DNA of 34,478 nt from the IMG/VR virus record IMGVR_UViG_3300011433_000007, positions 1 to 34,478 of that record; one strand, 5' to 3'. Source of the stretch: a virus (lineage: Duplodnaviria; Caudoviricetes). The position numbers were made by a program, and so were the translations under genes. Below are positions 1-8,516 of the stretch, piece after piece (the stretch's first letter is position 1; every line of letters begins with the position of its first letter). The notes beneath the pieces are model-generated. The model saw only the letters and a program-made list of their open reading frames with translations, had not been told where the DNA came from and made no database searches.

Positions 1-89
1 CCGACTTCTGCGAGAGACATGGCGATCTGTTTCACGTCCGTCAGAAAGTCTTTAGGGTAAAACTGGAATGCTGGACTCGCGCTCGCCAT
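1..89 (-). CDS. DUF1376/YdaU-like replication initiator, N-terminal fragment truncated by the window edge
   Basis: Manual translation from ATG 89 gives MASASPAFQFYPKDFLTDVKQIAMSLAEVG, matching the PAFQFYPxD...MS start of this family. TGATG overlap with the upstream ORF. Not in the ORF track. Confidence 0.7.
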   Translation of the reverse strand, partial: MASASPAFQFYPKDFLTDVKQIAMSLAEV

Positions 90-178
90 CAGAACTCCAG
101 TCGCATCGGTTCTGGTTCCCGCGCCACCCGTGCCGGCGCACAGAAGACTGCCCAGGTGTTGTCTGCTTCGCGTGCCAT
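89..178 (-). CDS. 29-aa small ORF or gene remnant (MAREADNTWAVFCAPARVAREPEPMRLEF)
   Basis: Fills the gap exactly: TAA-ATG junction at 179/178 and TGATG at 91-87. No recognisable motif. Confidence 0.4.
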   Translation of the reverse strand: MAREADNTWAVFCAPARVAREPEPMRLEF

Positions 179-607
179 TTAGAGTTTCCCAGCCAGCCGG
201 CGTCTCTGTTTTTCTCGATACAGCAAGACGCAGAAGTCGATCAACTTGCCGCGCGTTGGACATGACCCGTCGCGTTCTTCTTTATCGCTAGAACTCGGAT
301 CATTTAGTTGTTCTCGTAGAAGGTCCGTAGGGATGGCGATATGAACACCAGTGTCTCCGATAATGAACACCCACATCGCCGCCGTTGTGACATTGATTCC
401 AGACGGGGCAAATACACCAGACCGGCCTTTATCGCAGTGGGTTTCTACGTAGATCCTGTGGTCAAGAAACCGCTTACGCTTTACCTCAACGGCAGCGTTG
501 CCGTTTGCGATCCAGTCTAAAAACTCACCGATCTGTAATTCACCCTGGTGTCCATATGCGAGGTCAATGTCAAATCGCGGTTCTGCCTTACCCAATTGAA
601 TGCTCAT
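179..607 (-). CDS. Putative PD-(D/E)XK-like nuclease-fold phage protein
   Basis: Motif pattern FDIDLAYG..GE...VEVK...IYVE...PSGINVTTA. Start set at ATG 607 (ATGA overlap with the methyltransferase stop). Confidence 0.6.
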   Translation of the reverse strand: MSIQLGKAEPRFDIDLAYGHQGELQIGEFLDWIANGNAAVEVKRKRFLDHRIYVETHCDKGRSGVFAPSGINVTTAAMWVFIIGDTGVHIAIPTDLLREQLNDPSSSDKEERDGSCPTRGKLIDFCVLLYREKQRRRLAGKL

Positions 608-1740
608 GCTGCCTGATTTCCCCACGCATCCCAGCCATCACGCGGGACGCGTGAGAACATTTCCAACTTCGGAAATTCCGGATACATGCGCTCAATCAGT
701 TCGTAGAACTCAACCGGCTTCGCGCTATGTGCCGTGCGTGGTGACTTCACTACTGACGCCGGTCGGTTCGATGGGGCCGGTGTCGGTGGCTGGCCCTTCG
801 TAGCAATCAACAGCAACTCGTGCTGCTGGCGAGCGTAGTAGCCCATCCCGATCTGGTCCTTCACCCACACCATTGACGTCCGGTAGTTAAACCCCCACGA
901 CTCGATCACGCGCATCGCCTCAGCCAACTTCGGACTCGTGGCCCAGAGAAATAAGACCGCGTCATCGGTCGTCACGTCTGCGAGTGGCAGCGCGCAGATG
1001 TCGTCCAGCTCCATCGTTGGATACTGGTTTTCAATGGCGCGGCTTTCCGTCTCGACGTGTTCGTACTTCCAGGGCGGGTCAGCGTAGATGAGTGGGTAGC
1101 GACGGCCAGTAATTAGAGGCGCACTACCACGCGAGATGTCGGCCAGTTTCTCGACTCGTTCCTGCCGTCGCTCTTCTAGTCGCTGAGCACGGATCTCTTT
1201 CGCGGCCTTCAAGATTTCGACTTCCCCGCGTGCCACCAGTGCCTGCTGTTTTGCTCTTGTCAGTTCCGAAGAGATAACGGCCGCAGTGCTTACGGCCACA
1301 TCTCCACGCTCCACAGCCTGTATTAATTCTGGTGCGCCATCATCAAGAACCGCTTGTCCAGTAAAAACAGAGCGCCGCGACACGTTCAATAACTCAGCGG
1401 CCTGCTCCGCTGCATCTTCCCCTGGGTGCAAATTTGCACTTAAGATTTGCTTAATACGCGCCGCCACTATGGTTCGCTGGGATTCGTCCAGGTGCCGCCG
1501 GTGTAGGTTAAGACTAACGACGAACGCCACGAGCGACCCGTGGCCGTCCCACGTCCGATAGTCAGGCTTGACGCCAGCGCGTTCACACGCAAGGAACCGA
1601 TTCCGGCCATCGATAATGCGCCCGTCGTCATGCAGCCAGATCGGTTCTCGTAATCCGTTCGCGGCGATGTCCTGGGCAAGCTCAGACAGTTCTCGCTCGC
1701 CCATCAGTGGAAAGATGTTTGCTACGTCGTGAAACGTCAT
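604..1740 (-). CDS. ParB-like N-terminal domain fused to MT-A70 family adenine methyltransferase
   Basis: N-term LAQDIAANGLREPI...IIDGRNRFLAC; C-term IYADPPW, LFLWAT, WGFNYRT..VWVK..IGMGYY.R..HELLL, HSAKP, LEMFSR..R.GW..WGNQ. Start at ATG 1740 (ATGA overlap). Confidence 0.9.
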   Translation of the reverse strand: MTFHDVANIFPLMGERELSELAQDIAANGLREPIWLHDDGRIIDGRNRFLACERAGVKPDYRTWDGHGSLVAFVVSLNLHRRHLDESQRTIVAARIKQILSANLHPGEDAAEQAAELLNVSRRSVFTGQAVLDDGAPELIQAVERGDVAVSTAAVISSELTRAKQQALVARGEVEILKAAKEIRAQRLEERRQERVEKLADISRGSAPLITGRRYPLIYADPPWKYEHVETESRAIENQYPTMELDDICALPLADVTTDDAVLFLWATSPKLAEAMRVIESWGFNYRTSMVWVKDQIGMGYYARQQHELLLIATKGQPPTPAPSNRPASVVKSPRTAHSAKPVEFYELIERMYPEFPKLEMFSRVPRDGWDAWGNQAA

Positions 1741-2066
1741 TTCACCCCCGCCACAGTCTTGGACTCTGGTGAAGTCAGTCCAGCGCCACAAGCCGAGCAA
1801 ATCTGCATCTCCGATTGTTCACACTCGTACAATTCACACAAAGTCAGCGGCAGTGCGTGTTTGTAGCAGTAGTCGCAATAGATCCACCTGCCACACCCAC
1901 GCGATCTCGTCACCCAAACATGAACCACGTCTTCCTGTTTTGCGAGTCGGAATGTTGGGCGGATGACGCCATTGGGAAGCCACGCTTCGCCACCGGGCCA
2001 TCCTTTCAAACGACCACCACTTAGGTCTTTGAGTGGTATTGACTCGGAAAGATCCAAACACTTCAC
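1737..2066 (-). CDS. Hypothetical protein with CxxC pairs
   Basis: GTG 2066 overlaps the upstream stop (GTGA); CDYC and CSAC motifs. Confidence 0.55.
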   Translation of the reverse strand: MKCLDLSESIPLKDLSGGRLKGWPGGEAWLPNGVIRPTFRLAKQEDVVHVWVTRSRGCGRWIYCDYCYKHALPLTLCELYECEQSEMQICSACGAGLTSPESKTVAGVK

Positions 2067-2446
2067 GTCAGCCTCACCACGTAATGCGTCCCCGCCCGAT
2101 CTTCTACCTGTGTCCAATGCACTTGGAGGATGTGCCGCGTGATCAGGTCATGGCACGGGCCGCACAGGTGCAGCTTGTTTTCTGCTTTGGAGCTCTCCCC
2201 GACGCCACGTCGGCCTGAGCCACCTAAGATGTGATGCACTTCACTGGCCCGCCGCACACACCGCCGCGTGCTTGAGATCGTGGGTTCCGCAAAGCCCCGG
2301 CTGGTGAACTGCTCGCGCACCTCACACTGGCCTTTACTCCTAGCGCGGACTGTTGCGTTCTCGCGGTCCTCGACGGACTGCTTCGCCTTCGCGCGATCTT
2401 TCTTTTGCAAGGCACGAGGTCTGGGTTTTGGAAACGCCATGCTCAT
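2063..2446 (-). CDS. HNH endonuclease-like protein
   Basis: C...C..RASEVHH...ENKLHLCGPCH motif; ATGA overlap. Confidence 0.75.
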   Translation of the reverse strand: MSMAFPKPRPRALQKKDRAKAKQSVEDRENATVRARSKGQCEVREQFTSRGFAEPTISSTRRCVRRASEVHHILGGSGRRGVGESSKAENKLHLCGPCHDLITRHILQVHWTQVEDRAGTHYVVRLT

Positions 2447-2865
2447 GCCGCGTCGTCTCCCAGTGGCCGCGGATCTCCATCGGCTAATGCAATTCGATAT
2501 AACCGTAGCGTTTCCTCGGCATGCTTTACTACTTGCCGAAAGTCCTCTGTGCCTTCAACGGCGTACGTATCCGGCCACTGCGAATAGAGCGCGTCCAGTA
2601 GTCGTCCTAGCGCGTCCTCTAGTTCAGTCGAACCGACATGTTTTTCTGCCCTAAAACTTGACTGGTCTTGCGACTCTCTCATTCTCCGCAACTCTCTCAC
2701 CCGCTCTGATGCTGAACCCAAATAGGGCCGCTTCATCGCGCTATCCCCAAGCGCCAACCAGACGCGCGACAGCTCCTTGCAGCATTCCGTCGTATCCCTA
2801 CATAGCTTCAGTTCACGGCCCGCCCAAGCATCTTCAATACTCGGGTCTAAATCCTTCCAGTTCAT
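2443..2865 (-). CDS. Hypothetical protein
   Basis: Tiles the operon; GAGGT upstream of the ATG. Confidence 0.6.
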   Translation of the reverse strand: MNWKDLDPSIEDAWAGRELKLCRDTTECCKELSRVWLALGDSAMKRPYLGSASERVRELRRMRESQDQSSFRAEKHVGSTELEDALGRLLDALYSQWPDTYAVEGTEDFRQVVKHAEETLRLYRIALADGDPRPLGDDAA

Positions 2866-2866
2866 G

Positions 2867-3094
2867 TCATACCTCGTTCACGTCCCGCGGATCACCATCT
2901 GGTCCCGGCTTCGCTGAATCCTTGAGCGCCAACTGCGTCACGCCCGCGCGCCGCCCCAGACAGTTCACGCACGTCACCTCGCGCCAGTCCCACGTCGTAT
3001 GTCTCAGATGCACCCGATGGGGCCAGCCGCAGTACACGCCCCCGCCATGTAACCAGGGGCCGGGATCGTCGCCAACGTAGAGGTGGACAGCCAT
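2867..3094 (-). CDS. Hypothetical small Cys/His protein
   Basis: Tiles between neighbours; VH...YCG...VTCVNC pattern. Confidence 0.6.
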   Translation of the reverse strand: MAVHLYVGDDPGPWLHGGGVYCGWPHRVHLRHTTWDWREVTCVNCLGRRAGVTQLALKDSAKPGPDGDPRDVNEV

Positions 3095-3097
3095 TGG

Positions 3098-3538
3098 CTA
3101 GCTTGCTGTCCTTTCCAGCACGCGCCGGACCTTGTCGGCAATTGCGTGACACGGTTTGCACAGCCAGAGCACTAGCAACGGACGCGCGTAATCTGGGTGG
3201 TGCTTCTGAATCGGCTTCTGTAGGCCACACCCCTCGCAATGTTCGCCACGCTTCAGCCTGCCATCACGGATTGCGTTATTGGCCGCCTGTTGCGCTTTCT
3301 TTCGATCTGGGAATCGTTGTCTCCACTGCTCAGAGATGCGCTTTTGTAGCGCCACGCGATGAGGCAACCTCGCACGCTCACGGTCGTATTGGCGCACGCG
3401 AGGCTTTGTGTGTCTGTCGTTCCGCATGTCCTGCTTCGTGCAGTCCTTACACTTGCCCAGATGGCCATCACCCATCTGGGGATGCCGGTAGAACTCTTCC
3501 ACCGGCTTCGCCACGCCGCACTTAAAGCAGGTCTTCAT
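3098..3538 (-). CDS. Zn-finger / HNH-like protein
   Basis: MKTCFKC..K..EEFY...CKDC N-terminus; CEGC...KHHPDY.RPL.V.WLCKPCH C-terminus. ATG 3538 with ATGA overlap. Confidence 0.75.
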   Translation of the reverse strand: MKTCFKCGVAKPVEEFYRHPQMGDGHLGKCKDCTKQDMRNDRHTKPRVRQYDRERARLPHRVALQKRISEQWRQRFPDRKKAQQAANNAIRDGRLKRGEHCEGCGLQKPIQKHHPDYARPLLVLWLCKPCHAIADKVRRVLERTAS

Positions 3539-4305
3539 ACGAGCATCGACAGCGAAGCCAGCGCCGGCAACACGTACGGCATCAGCCACGCAAAGGGAAT
3601 GTCCGAATAATCGAGTTCGTCGCTCGGCGGCACATAGCCGGCGTCATCGTCCGCTGGTTCGTTCGCTGGCTCGTCCGCTTGGTCGCGCGTCTTGCGCTGG
3701 AGATACCCGTCCAGATACGCCTGCAACGTTTTGTCGAGCGCGATGGCGTCCCGGTTCGTGTCCGACGACACGTCCTTTAATTCAAACGTCGGCACTCGGA
3801 ACACGATGCGGCCCTTCTTGCCTTCGGTGAAGCCCGTGATCCGCACCGCCTTCTCGTAGAGTGAGCCGCGATGCGCCTTGCGGAACTCCATCCAGGCACC
3901 GAGCGCGGCCCCCTTAAACCGGATCGAGCAGAGCGTCAGCGTCCCGTTCTCGAGCTTCACCGCCACGTAGCAGTTCGCCACGAATTGCCCGCCTTCGTTG
4001 TTCACGCGATCCTTAATGGCTTTGTAAAAGCCCTCGGCCAACGTCCCGCCCTTGAACGCCTTCACCACGAGCGCGTCCTTCGTGGTGTCGCGGACTTCGT
4101 TTGAGTAGATGCCGCTCTGGCTTGCATCGTGCCAGCCGCGCACGCAAGCGAGTTCGTCCAACAGCAGGAACGTGAACGGCAACGGCACGTCCACGTTCAC
4201 CTTCGCGTCTTTGTCGTAGTAGCGGACGCCACCCTTTTCGCCGTTCCATTCCATCCATCGCGCTGAGGGGTTCGGGGCGTTCGCACTGGGATTGCTTCGA
4301 CTCAT
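3535..4305 (-). CDS. Putative single-stranded DNA-binding protein (acidic tail, DIPF motif plus hydrophobic extension)
   Basis: AAGGAG RBS; beta-rich core; acidic tail DDDAGYVPPSDELDYSDIPF resembling SSB-Ct. Confidence 0.55.
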   Translation of the reverse strand: MSRSNPSANAPNPSARWMEWNGEKGGVRYYDKDAKVNVDVPLPFTFLLLDELACVRGWHDASQSGIYSNEVRDTTKDALVVKAFKGGTLAEGFYKAIKDRVNNEGGQFVANCYVAVKLENGTLTLCSIRFKGAALGAWMEFRKAHRGSLYEKAVRITGFTEGKKGRIVFRVPTFELKDVSSDTNRDAIALDKTLQAYLDGYLQRKTRDQADEPANEPADDDAGYVPPSDELDYSDIPFAWLMPYVLPALASLSMLV

Positions 4306-4366
4306 GTCTCTCCTTCTGTGCTGTAACCGGCGCTTGGTGTCGAGATACCCCGTGGCTCTAACCCTC

Positions 4367-5185
4367 CTACGCGCCTTCTTCCTTCCACCACGGCGGCAGA
4401 CGGTTCTTGTCGCGCGTCCCCATACCCTTGTTGTAGAGATCCACCACGGCAGCAGCCACGCACTGCTTCTTGTCCGTCCCAGTGCGTACGCGAATAGCCT
4501 CCGCCTTTCGGAGCAATTCCCGCGCGCCTTGCCGCAGATCGGACAACCTGGTCCCGAGACGCTTTTCGTTGGTGCGCCCGTTGTAGCGGTTGTAGGTGAG
4601 CCCGAGCCCTTCGATGATGGATCGGTCGAACGCCTGCGGGTCGCCGCCGAACCCCAAGTTGATGGTGCGGATCACCTGTCCCAACACAACATCACCCGAT
4701 CGGTCATACACGGACCCGAGCGCCCCGACGGCACTGATGCCGCCCTCATCCTTCTGCCGGCAAATCTTCTGCCCGTTGGACTCCACCGCGCGCTGAATAT
4801 CGCGTTCGCGCTTGCGGCCCGCCGTGACCGACACATGAAATTTGTCGTAGACGGGGATCGCCTTGCGTGCGTCCCTGCCGAGGAAGATTTCAGCCATCTC
4901 GGCATCGCTCAGGTCCTCGTAGACTTCGCAGTCAAACAAGTCCTTCTCTCCAAAGCCGAACTCCTTCAGGGCATAGACGCGATGCTGTCCATCGACCACC
5001 CAGTAGTTGCCGTCACGGTGATTGATTATGGGAAACCCTAACTTGTTCAGATCCAGATCGGCGGCGATCCGGTCGCCGTGCGCCTTGCGAAATTCTCGCT
5101 GCGTGACGAGCGCGGGCGGAATCCGCATCATGCCCAAGGGCACAGGGCGGATCTTTGACGGCTTGCGGTTAGGCTGCTTGGCCAT
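4367..5185 (-). CDS. ParB/Srx-like (DGQHR motif, DUF6551-like) protein
   Basis: QR...LGFPIINHRDGNYWVVDGQHRVYAL; AAGGAG upstream of ATG 5185. Confidence 0.75.
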   Translation of the reverse strand: MAKQPNRKPSKIRPVPLGMMRIPPALVTQREFRKAHGDRIAADLDLNKLGFPIINHRDGNYWVVDGQHRVYALKEFGFGEKDLFDCEVYEDLSDAEMAEIFLGRDARKAIPVYDKFHVSVTAGRKRERDIQRAVESNGQKICRQKDEGGISAVGALGSVYDRSGDVVLGQVIRTINLGFGGDPQAFDRSIIEGLGLTYNRYNGRTNEKRLGTRLSDLRQGARELLRKAEAIRVRTGTDKKQCVAAAVVDLYNKGMGTRDKNRLPPWWKEEGA

Positions 5186-6146
5186 GCTTCTGTTTCTCCT
5201 TGATGAGCTTCTTAATGAAGGCATCCAGCGCCCGCTTGGACGCGATGAGGGAATCAACCCACTCGCCTAAACGCTCACGATCGAGGTCGGTGTAGTTGAT
5301 GAGGTTGGTGCCTTCGGTGAGGTTTTCCGTATCGGCGACGATCTGTTCCACGATGCGGTTTGAATCGTGGAGTTTGGTTTTACCAACGGCGCGATCCGCC
5401 GGTACGTCGATACCTTCCGCTCTCAGAATCGCGCGGCATCCTTCCACGGACAGACCCAACTCAGCGGCCATTTGGCGCGAACTGTATCCTTCTAATGCCA
5501 TTTCGCGCAGCCGTTCCCGCCGACCACGAATGGCGCTCTTGGTTTTGTCGATCGTGGAAAGGCCCATCTCAGAACGAACTGCGGCCACAGTGCTCCCGCT
5601 AGCGCCAACGCGAGCTACAATCTCTTGCGCCGATGCTCCACGCTCGATCAGTTCACGGATGGCTGATTTAGTCGCGGCGGTTTTACGCTGTCGCCCAGTT
5701 AATACGGGTTCACTATGTGTAGTGATCGCGTATTTCGCATAGACGGCCGATACCAGGCTCGGATGACATCCCACCTGTTCAGCCACTTCACGTTGCATCT
5801 TCTCTGGCCAGCATTCGCGCGCAAGCTTGACCGCGTGAGTTTTGTCGGCCCTGGTCAGCCGCTTACCGTGGAGCTTGTTCGCGCCAAGTGCGAACCACAG
5901 TGCATCGTCCTTTGATCCAGCCTTTACTTCGGCGTCGATGTCGCGCGCCTGAATCCGCTGCGCGGCCATGAACCGATGGAACCCATCAGCGAGGTAGTGC
6001 TTGTTCCCGTCATGGAACAGCACGACGGGCGGGAACTGCGCGCCGTTCGTCATCGCCTCGGCGTAGTCGCTCACCACTTGCTGATCGAGGGCTTCGCGGA
6101 TCTGCGTCCCGGCGTCGAACACGATCTGATCGAGCTTCACCTTCAC
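5169..6146 (-). CDS. ParB N-terminal domain protein with HTH motifs
   Basis: TQIR...YAEAM..GAQFPPVVLFHDG..YLADGFHRFMA, N..HGKRLT, followed by HTH-like REVAEQVGCH, QEIVARVGAS, RQMAAELGLS. Confidence 0.8.
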   Translation of the reverse strand: MKVKLDQIVFDAGTQIREALDQQVVSDYAEAMTNGAQFPPVVLFHDGNKHYLADGFHRFMAAQRIQARDIDAEVKAGSKDDALWFALGANKLHGKRLTRADKTHAVKLARECWPEKMQREVAEQVGCHPSLVSAVYAKYAITTHSEPVLTGRQRKTAATKSAIRELIERGASAQEIVARVGASGSTVAAVRSEMGLSTIDKTKSAIRGRRERLREMALEGYSSRQMAAELGLSVEGCRAILRAEGIDVPADRAVGKTKLHDSNRIVEQIVADTENLTEGTNLINYTDLDRERLGEWVDSLIASKRALDAFIKKLIKEKQKHGQAA

Positions 6147-6150
6147 TTGT

Positions 6151-6513
6151 TTAGCTCTCCACCGCGCCCAGATGCGCGTCCGCGTTCAGGTAGTCCGTGA
6201 GCTTCTGATCCGCCACTTCCTGCAAGCTGAACCACGTCTGCGGACTCAGCGTCTGAAACGCCCGGTTCACTTCGTCCCGATGCGCCGCGTTCCGGCTCGC
6301 CTGTGCGTCCTTCTCGAGCGCCACCGCGGCAAAGCTGCCCGCAAGTCGGGCATACCAGAACACATGGTGCATGGCTTCCCCGTTCTTCATCGCGTTCGTC
6401 GCTTTGTGGCCGAAGTGCTCGGCCCATTCAGCCGGCGTCTTGGCGCGTTCAGGGACATACGATTCAGACATCTCAGCACTCCTCTCTGAATGTTTAAGCG
6501 CGGGGGACGTCAT
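6151..6513 (-). CDS. Hypothetical protein
   Basis: GGAGG upstream; tiles the operon; plausible helical composition. Confidence 0.65.
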   Translation of the reverse strand: MTSPALKHSERSAEMSESYVPERAKTPAEWAEHFGHKATNAMKNGEAMHHVFWYARLAGSFAAVALEKDAQASRNAAHRDEVNRAFQTLSPQTWFSLQEVADQKLTDYLNADAHLGAVES

Positions 6514-6516
6514 GGC

Positions 6517-6792
6517 CTATGGCCTCCGCCCAAACCGCAAGGTCTTCGATTTCACACGCCTGACGTCCCATCTGAATCCGGGCGTCTCCCGCTTGCAGTG
6601 CAAGCACTGGAGGTGGAGCTTCCCGTAGCCAAACACCGGGTACTCGACGTGCCCAGAGAGCACGCAGGAGATGCGCGCGAGCCGCCGCGACAATCGCGAG
6701 CCAACATAGCGCGACCAGTACGAGAACCACCACGCAGACAGCGAGCCCCACAAGGGCACCGACGAGAACGAAGCCGGATTGACTGACCACAT
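6517..6792 (-). CDS. Small Zn-binding hypothetical protein (C...GH...QCxxC..ETPG)
   Basis: GGAGG RBS before GTG 6795 / ATG 6792; conserved-looking Cys/His pattern. Confidence 0.6.
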   Translation of the reverse strand: MWSVNPASFSSVPLWGSLSAWWFSYWSRYVGSRLSRRLARISCVLSGHVEYPVFGYGKLHLQCLHCKRETPGFRWDVRRVKSKTLRFGRRP

Positions 6793-7190
6793 CACGCCTC
6801 CCTCCCTGTGAACTGAGCCGGACGCGCCCTCTTCTCTCCCCTCAGAGATCCATCCGGCCCTACAGAGCCGTTTGATGGAGACGCGCCCGGCCACAGACCC
6901 TTCCACGACCGACCCGTGAGAATCCGCTCGATCTGTCGCGTCCGCACGCCGAACCGCTGTGCGATTTGTTTCGCGTGGACACCCTGCGCGGACAGCCGGT
7001 GGACCTGCACCACGTCATCAGGTTCCAACGTGCAGCGCGGGGCCTTGACCGATGGCTCCGTCCACTGGAAGCGCACCTTCTCTGAGCACGCGCTCTTCGT
7101 CGAGGGTGTGGCGAGCTGCATGCGGACGCGGTAGACTTGCGCCTCAAAGCGCACGTCCCGAAGGTAGGCATGGGTGAAGGTCGCCATCAC
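6792..7190 (-). CDS. HTH domain protein (resembles the C-terminal HTH of HNH homing endonucleases)
   Basis: KQIAQRFGVRTRQIERILTGRSWK. Confidence 0.6.
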   Translation of the reverse strand: MMATFTHAYLRDVRFEAQVYRVRMQLATPSTKSACSEKVRFQWTEPSVKAPRCTLEPDDVVQVHRLSAQGVHAKQIAQRFGVRTRQIERILTGRSWKGLWPGASPSNGSVGPDGSLRGEKRARPAQFTGREA

Positions 7191-7738
7191 ACACCACTCC
7201 CAATGAATCGCCCCCTTCGGATTACGGAAATACAGGACTTCGTCACACCGTACTGACGCGCCAACGCCACACAGACACCGCGATACGCAGGCGTGCGATA
7301 AATCGTCAGGCGGTCATGCGGTGAGAGCTGTGTGGTGGTTCGTGGAACCGTGAATCGTCCGCGGCGCGCCGCATCACGCATGTTGTCGGATTGCGTGCCT
7401 AGATAAAGGTGGTCAGGATTTACGCAGACCGGGTTGTCGCAGTGGTGGTTAATTTGCTGGCCGGCTGGGATTGGGCCGCGTAGAATCGCCCATACCAGAC
7501 GGTGAACGCGGCGCGGCTTGCCTCGCCACATGATCTGACCATGCCGCACAGAACCCGAGCCAGTCCGCGCGCCCGTCCAGATCCAGCAGTCGTGGGTCTT
7601 TCTCACCCGTGCCCATAGACGCACAGTGAGGGAGGCGAAGCTTACTGAAAGGCCATTATTGGACTCAGGCCCATTCACGGTTATGGTTGCCCGTCGCTGC
7701 ACACTCTGTTCGCGGCCTGTTCGTGGCGAAAGACTCAT
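7187..7738 (-). CDS. HNH homing endonuclease (HNH_3 type)
   Basis: CWIWTG...VHRLVW...GPIP....INHHCDNPVCVNPDHLYLGTQSDNM plus C-terminal HTH. Confidence 0.9.
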   Translation of the reverse strand: MSLSPRTGREQSVQRRATITVNGPESNNGLSVSFASLTVRLWARVRKTHDCWIWTGARTGSGSVRHGQIMWRGKPRRVHRLVWAILRGPIPAGQQINHHCDNPVCVNPDHLYLGTQSDNMRDAARRGRFTVPRTTTQLSPHDRLTIYRTPAYRGVCVALARQYGVTKSCISVIRRGRFIGSGV

Positions 7739-7944
7739 AACGCGCTCATTTCCGAACCGGGGCCGAAGATGTCCGTCCGTTCTACTCGAAGCACGGCTGC
7801 AATCTTCTCTTGGATGTCTAACGGCGGGACCCAGCCCTGACTCTCAATGCGGGAGATGTCTGCACGGAAGACCCCGACTTTGTCGGCTAATTCCTCTTGG
7901 GTGAGTTCCCGCTGACGCCGCGCCACAAGCACTTTCGTATTCAC
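7735..7944 (-). CDS. Cro/XRE-family HTH regulator
   Basis: ARRQRELTQEELADKVGV.RADISRIE; first gene of the leftward operon; no SD, probably leaderless. Confidence 0.85.
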   Translation of the reverse strand: MNTKVLVARRQRELTQEELADKVGVFRADISRIESQGWVPPLDIQEKIAAVLRVERTDIFGPGSEMSAL

Positions 7945-7949
7945 AGGAC

Positions 7950-7981
7950 ATAGTAAACACTAAGCCACTTGCTATTGTCAA
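7950..7981 (-). promoter_or_regulatory. Candidate leftward (early) promoter TTGACA-N20-TACTAT
   Basis: Consensus -35 at 7981-7976 and near-consensus -10 at 7955-7950, 5 nt before GTG 7944. The 20-nt spacer is atypical. Confidence 0.5.
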
Positions 7982-7997
7982 CCAATTGTTTTACGCT
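7969..7997 (+). promoter_or_regulatory. Candidate rightward sigma70-type promoter TTGCTA-N17-TACGCT
   Basis: 17-nt spacer, TAnnnT -10, AT-rich intergenic region, followed by AAGGAG (8006-8011) and ATG 8019. Confidence 0.55.
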
Positions 7998-8018
7998 GCG
8001 TTTATAAGGAGTGGTTTT

Positions 8019-8513
8019 ATGAAACAGCTAACCCTCGTCGCCGCGCTCGTCGTCCTGCCGTCCGTCGTATTCGCGCAATCACCGATTCCGATCTATGTCT
8101 TCACCACACACGACGCGACAGGGCTGGTCGCGCTCGAGGACACGTCGAAGGAACGGACCACGGCCGTCGCGGACATGAAGAAACGACTGGCGAAGAATCA
8201 GACTGTGCGCCTCGTGGACACGCCCGACGCGGCGACAGTCACCATCGAAGTCGTGGGCGCCGGCATGGAATGGACCAGACAGGGCTCCGCGGTCACGACG
8301 TATGTCGGCAACGGACAGGCCGTCACCAGGCAGGGACCGAACACGCCCGAGGCCAGCGCCCGCGCCATGCTTCGCAGCGGTACGTTTGAGACACAGATCG
8401 ACGCGAGCCTTGGGCCGTTCGGTCGGAGCTATGGCGAGAACCTCGCTCGCAAAGTGGAGACATGGCTCGAGAAGAACAGGGCGACGCTTACCGCTGCACC
8501 GCCAGCACCGTAA
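8019..8513 (+). CDS. Exported protein with Sec signal peptide (moron / superinfection-exclusion candidate)
   Basis: RBS AAGGAG; MKQLTLVAALVVLPSVVFA|Q signal; own promoter; opposite strand to its neighbours. Confidence 0.8.
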   Translation: MKQLTLVAALVVLPSVVFAQSPIPIYVFTTHDATGLVALEDTSKERTTAVADMKKRLAKNQTVRLVDTPDAATVTIEVVGAGMEWTRQGSAVTTYVGNGQAVTRQGPNTPEASARAMLRSGTFETQIDASLGPFGRSYGENLARKVETWLEKNRATLTAAPPAP

Positions 8514-8516
8514 ACG

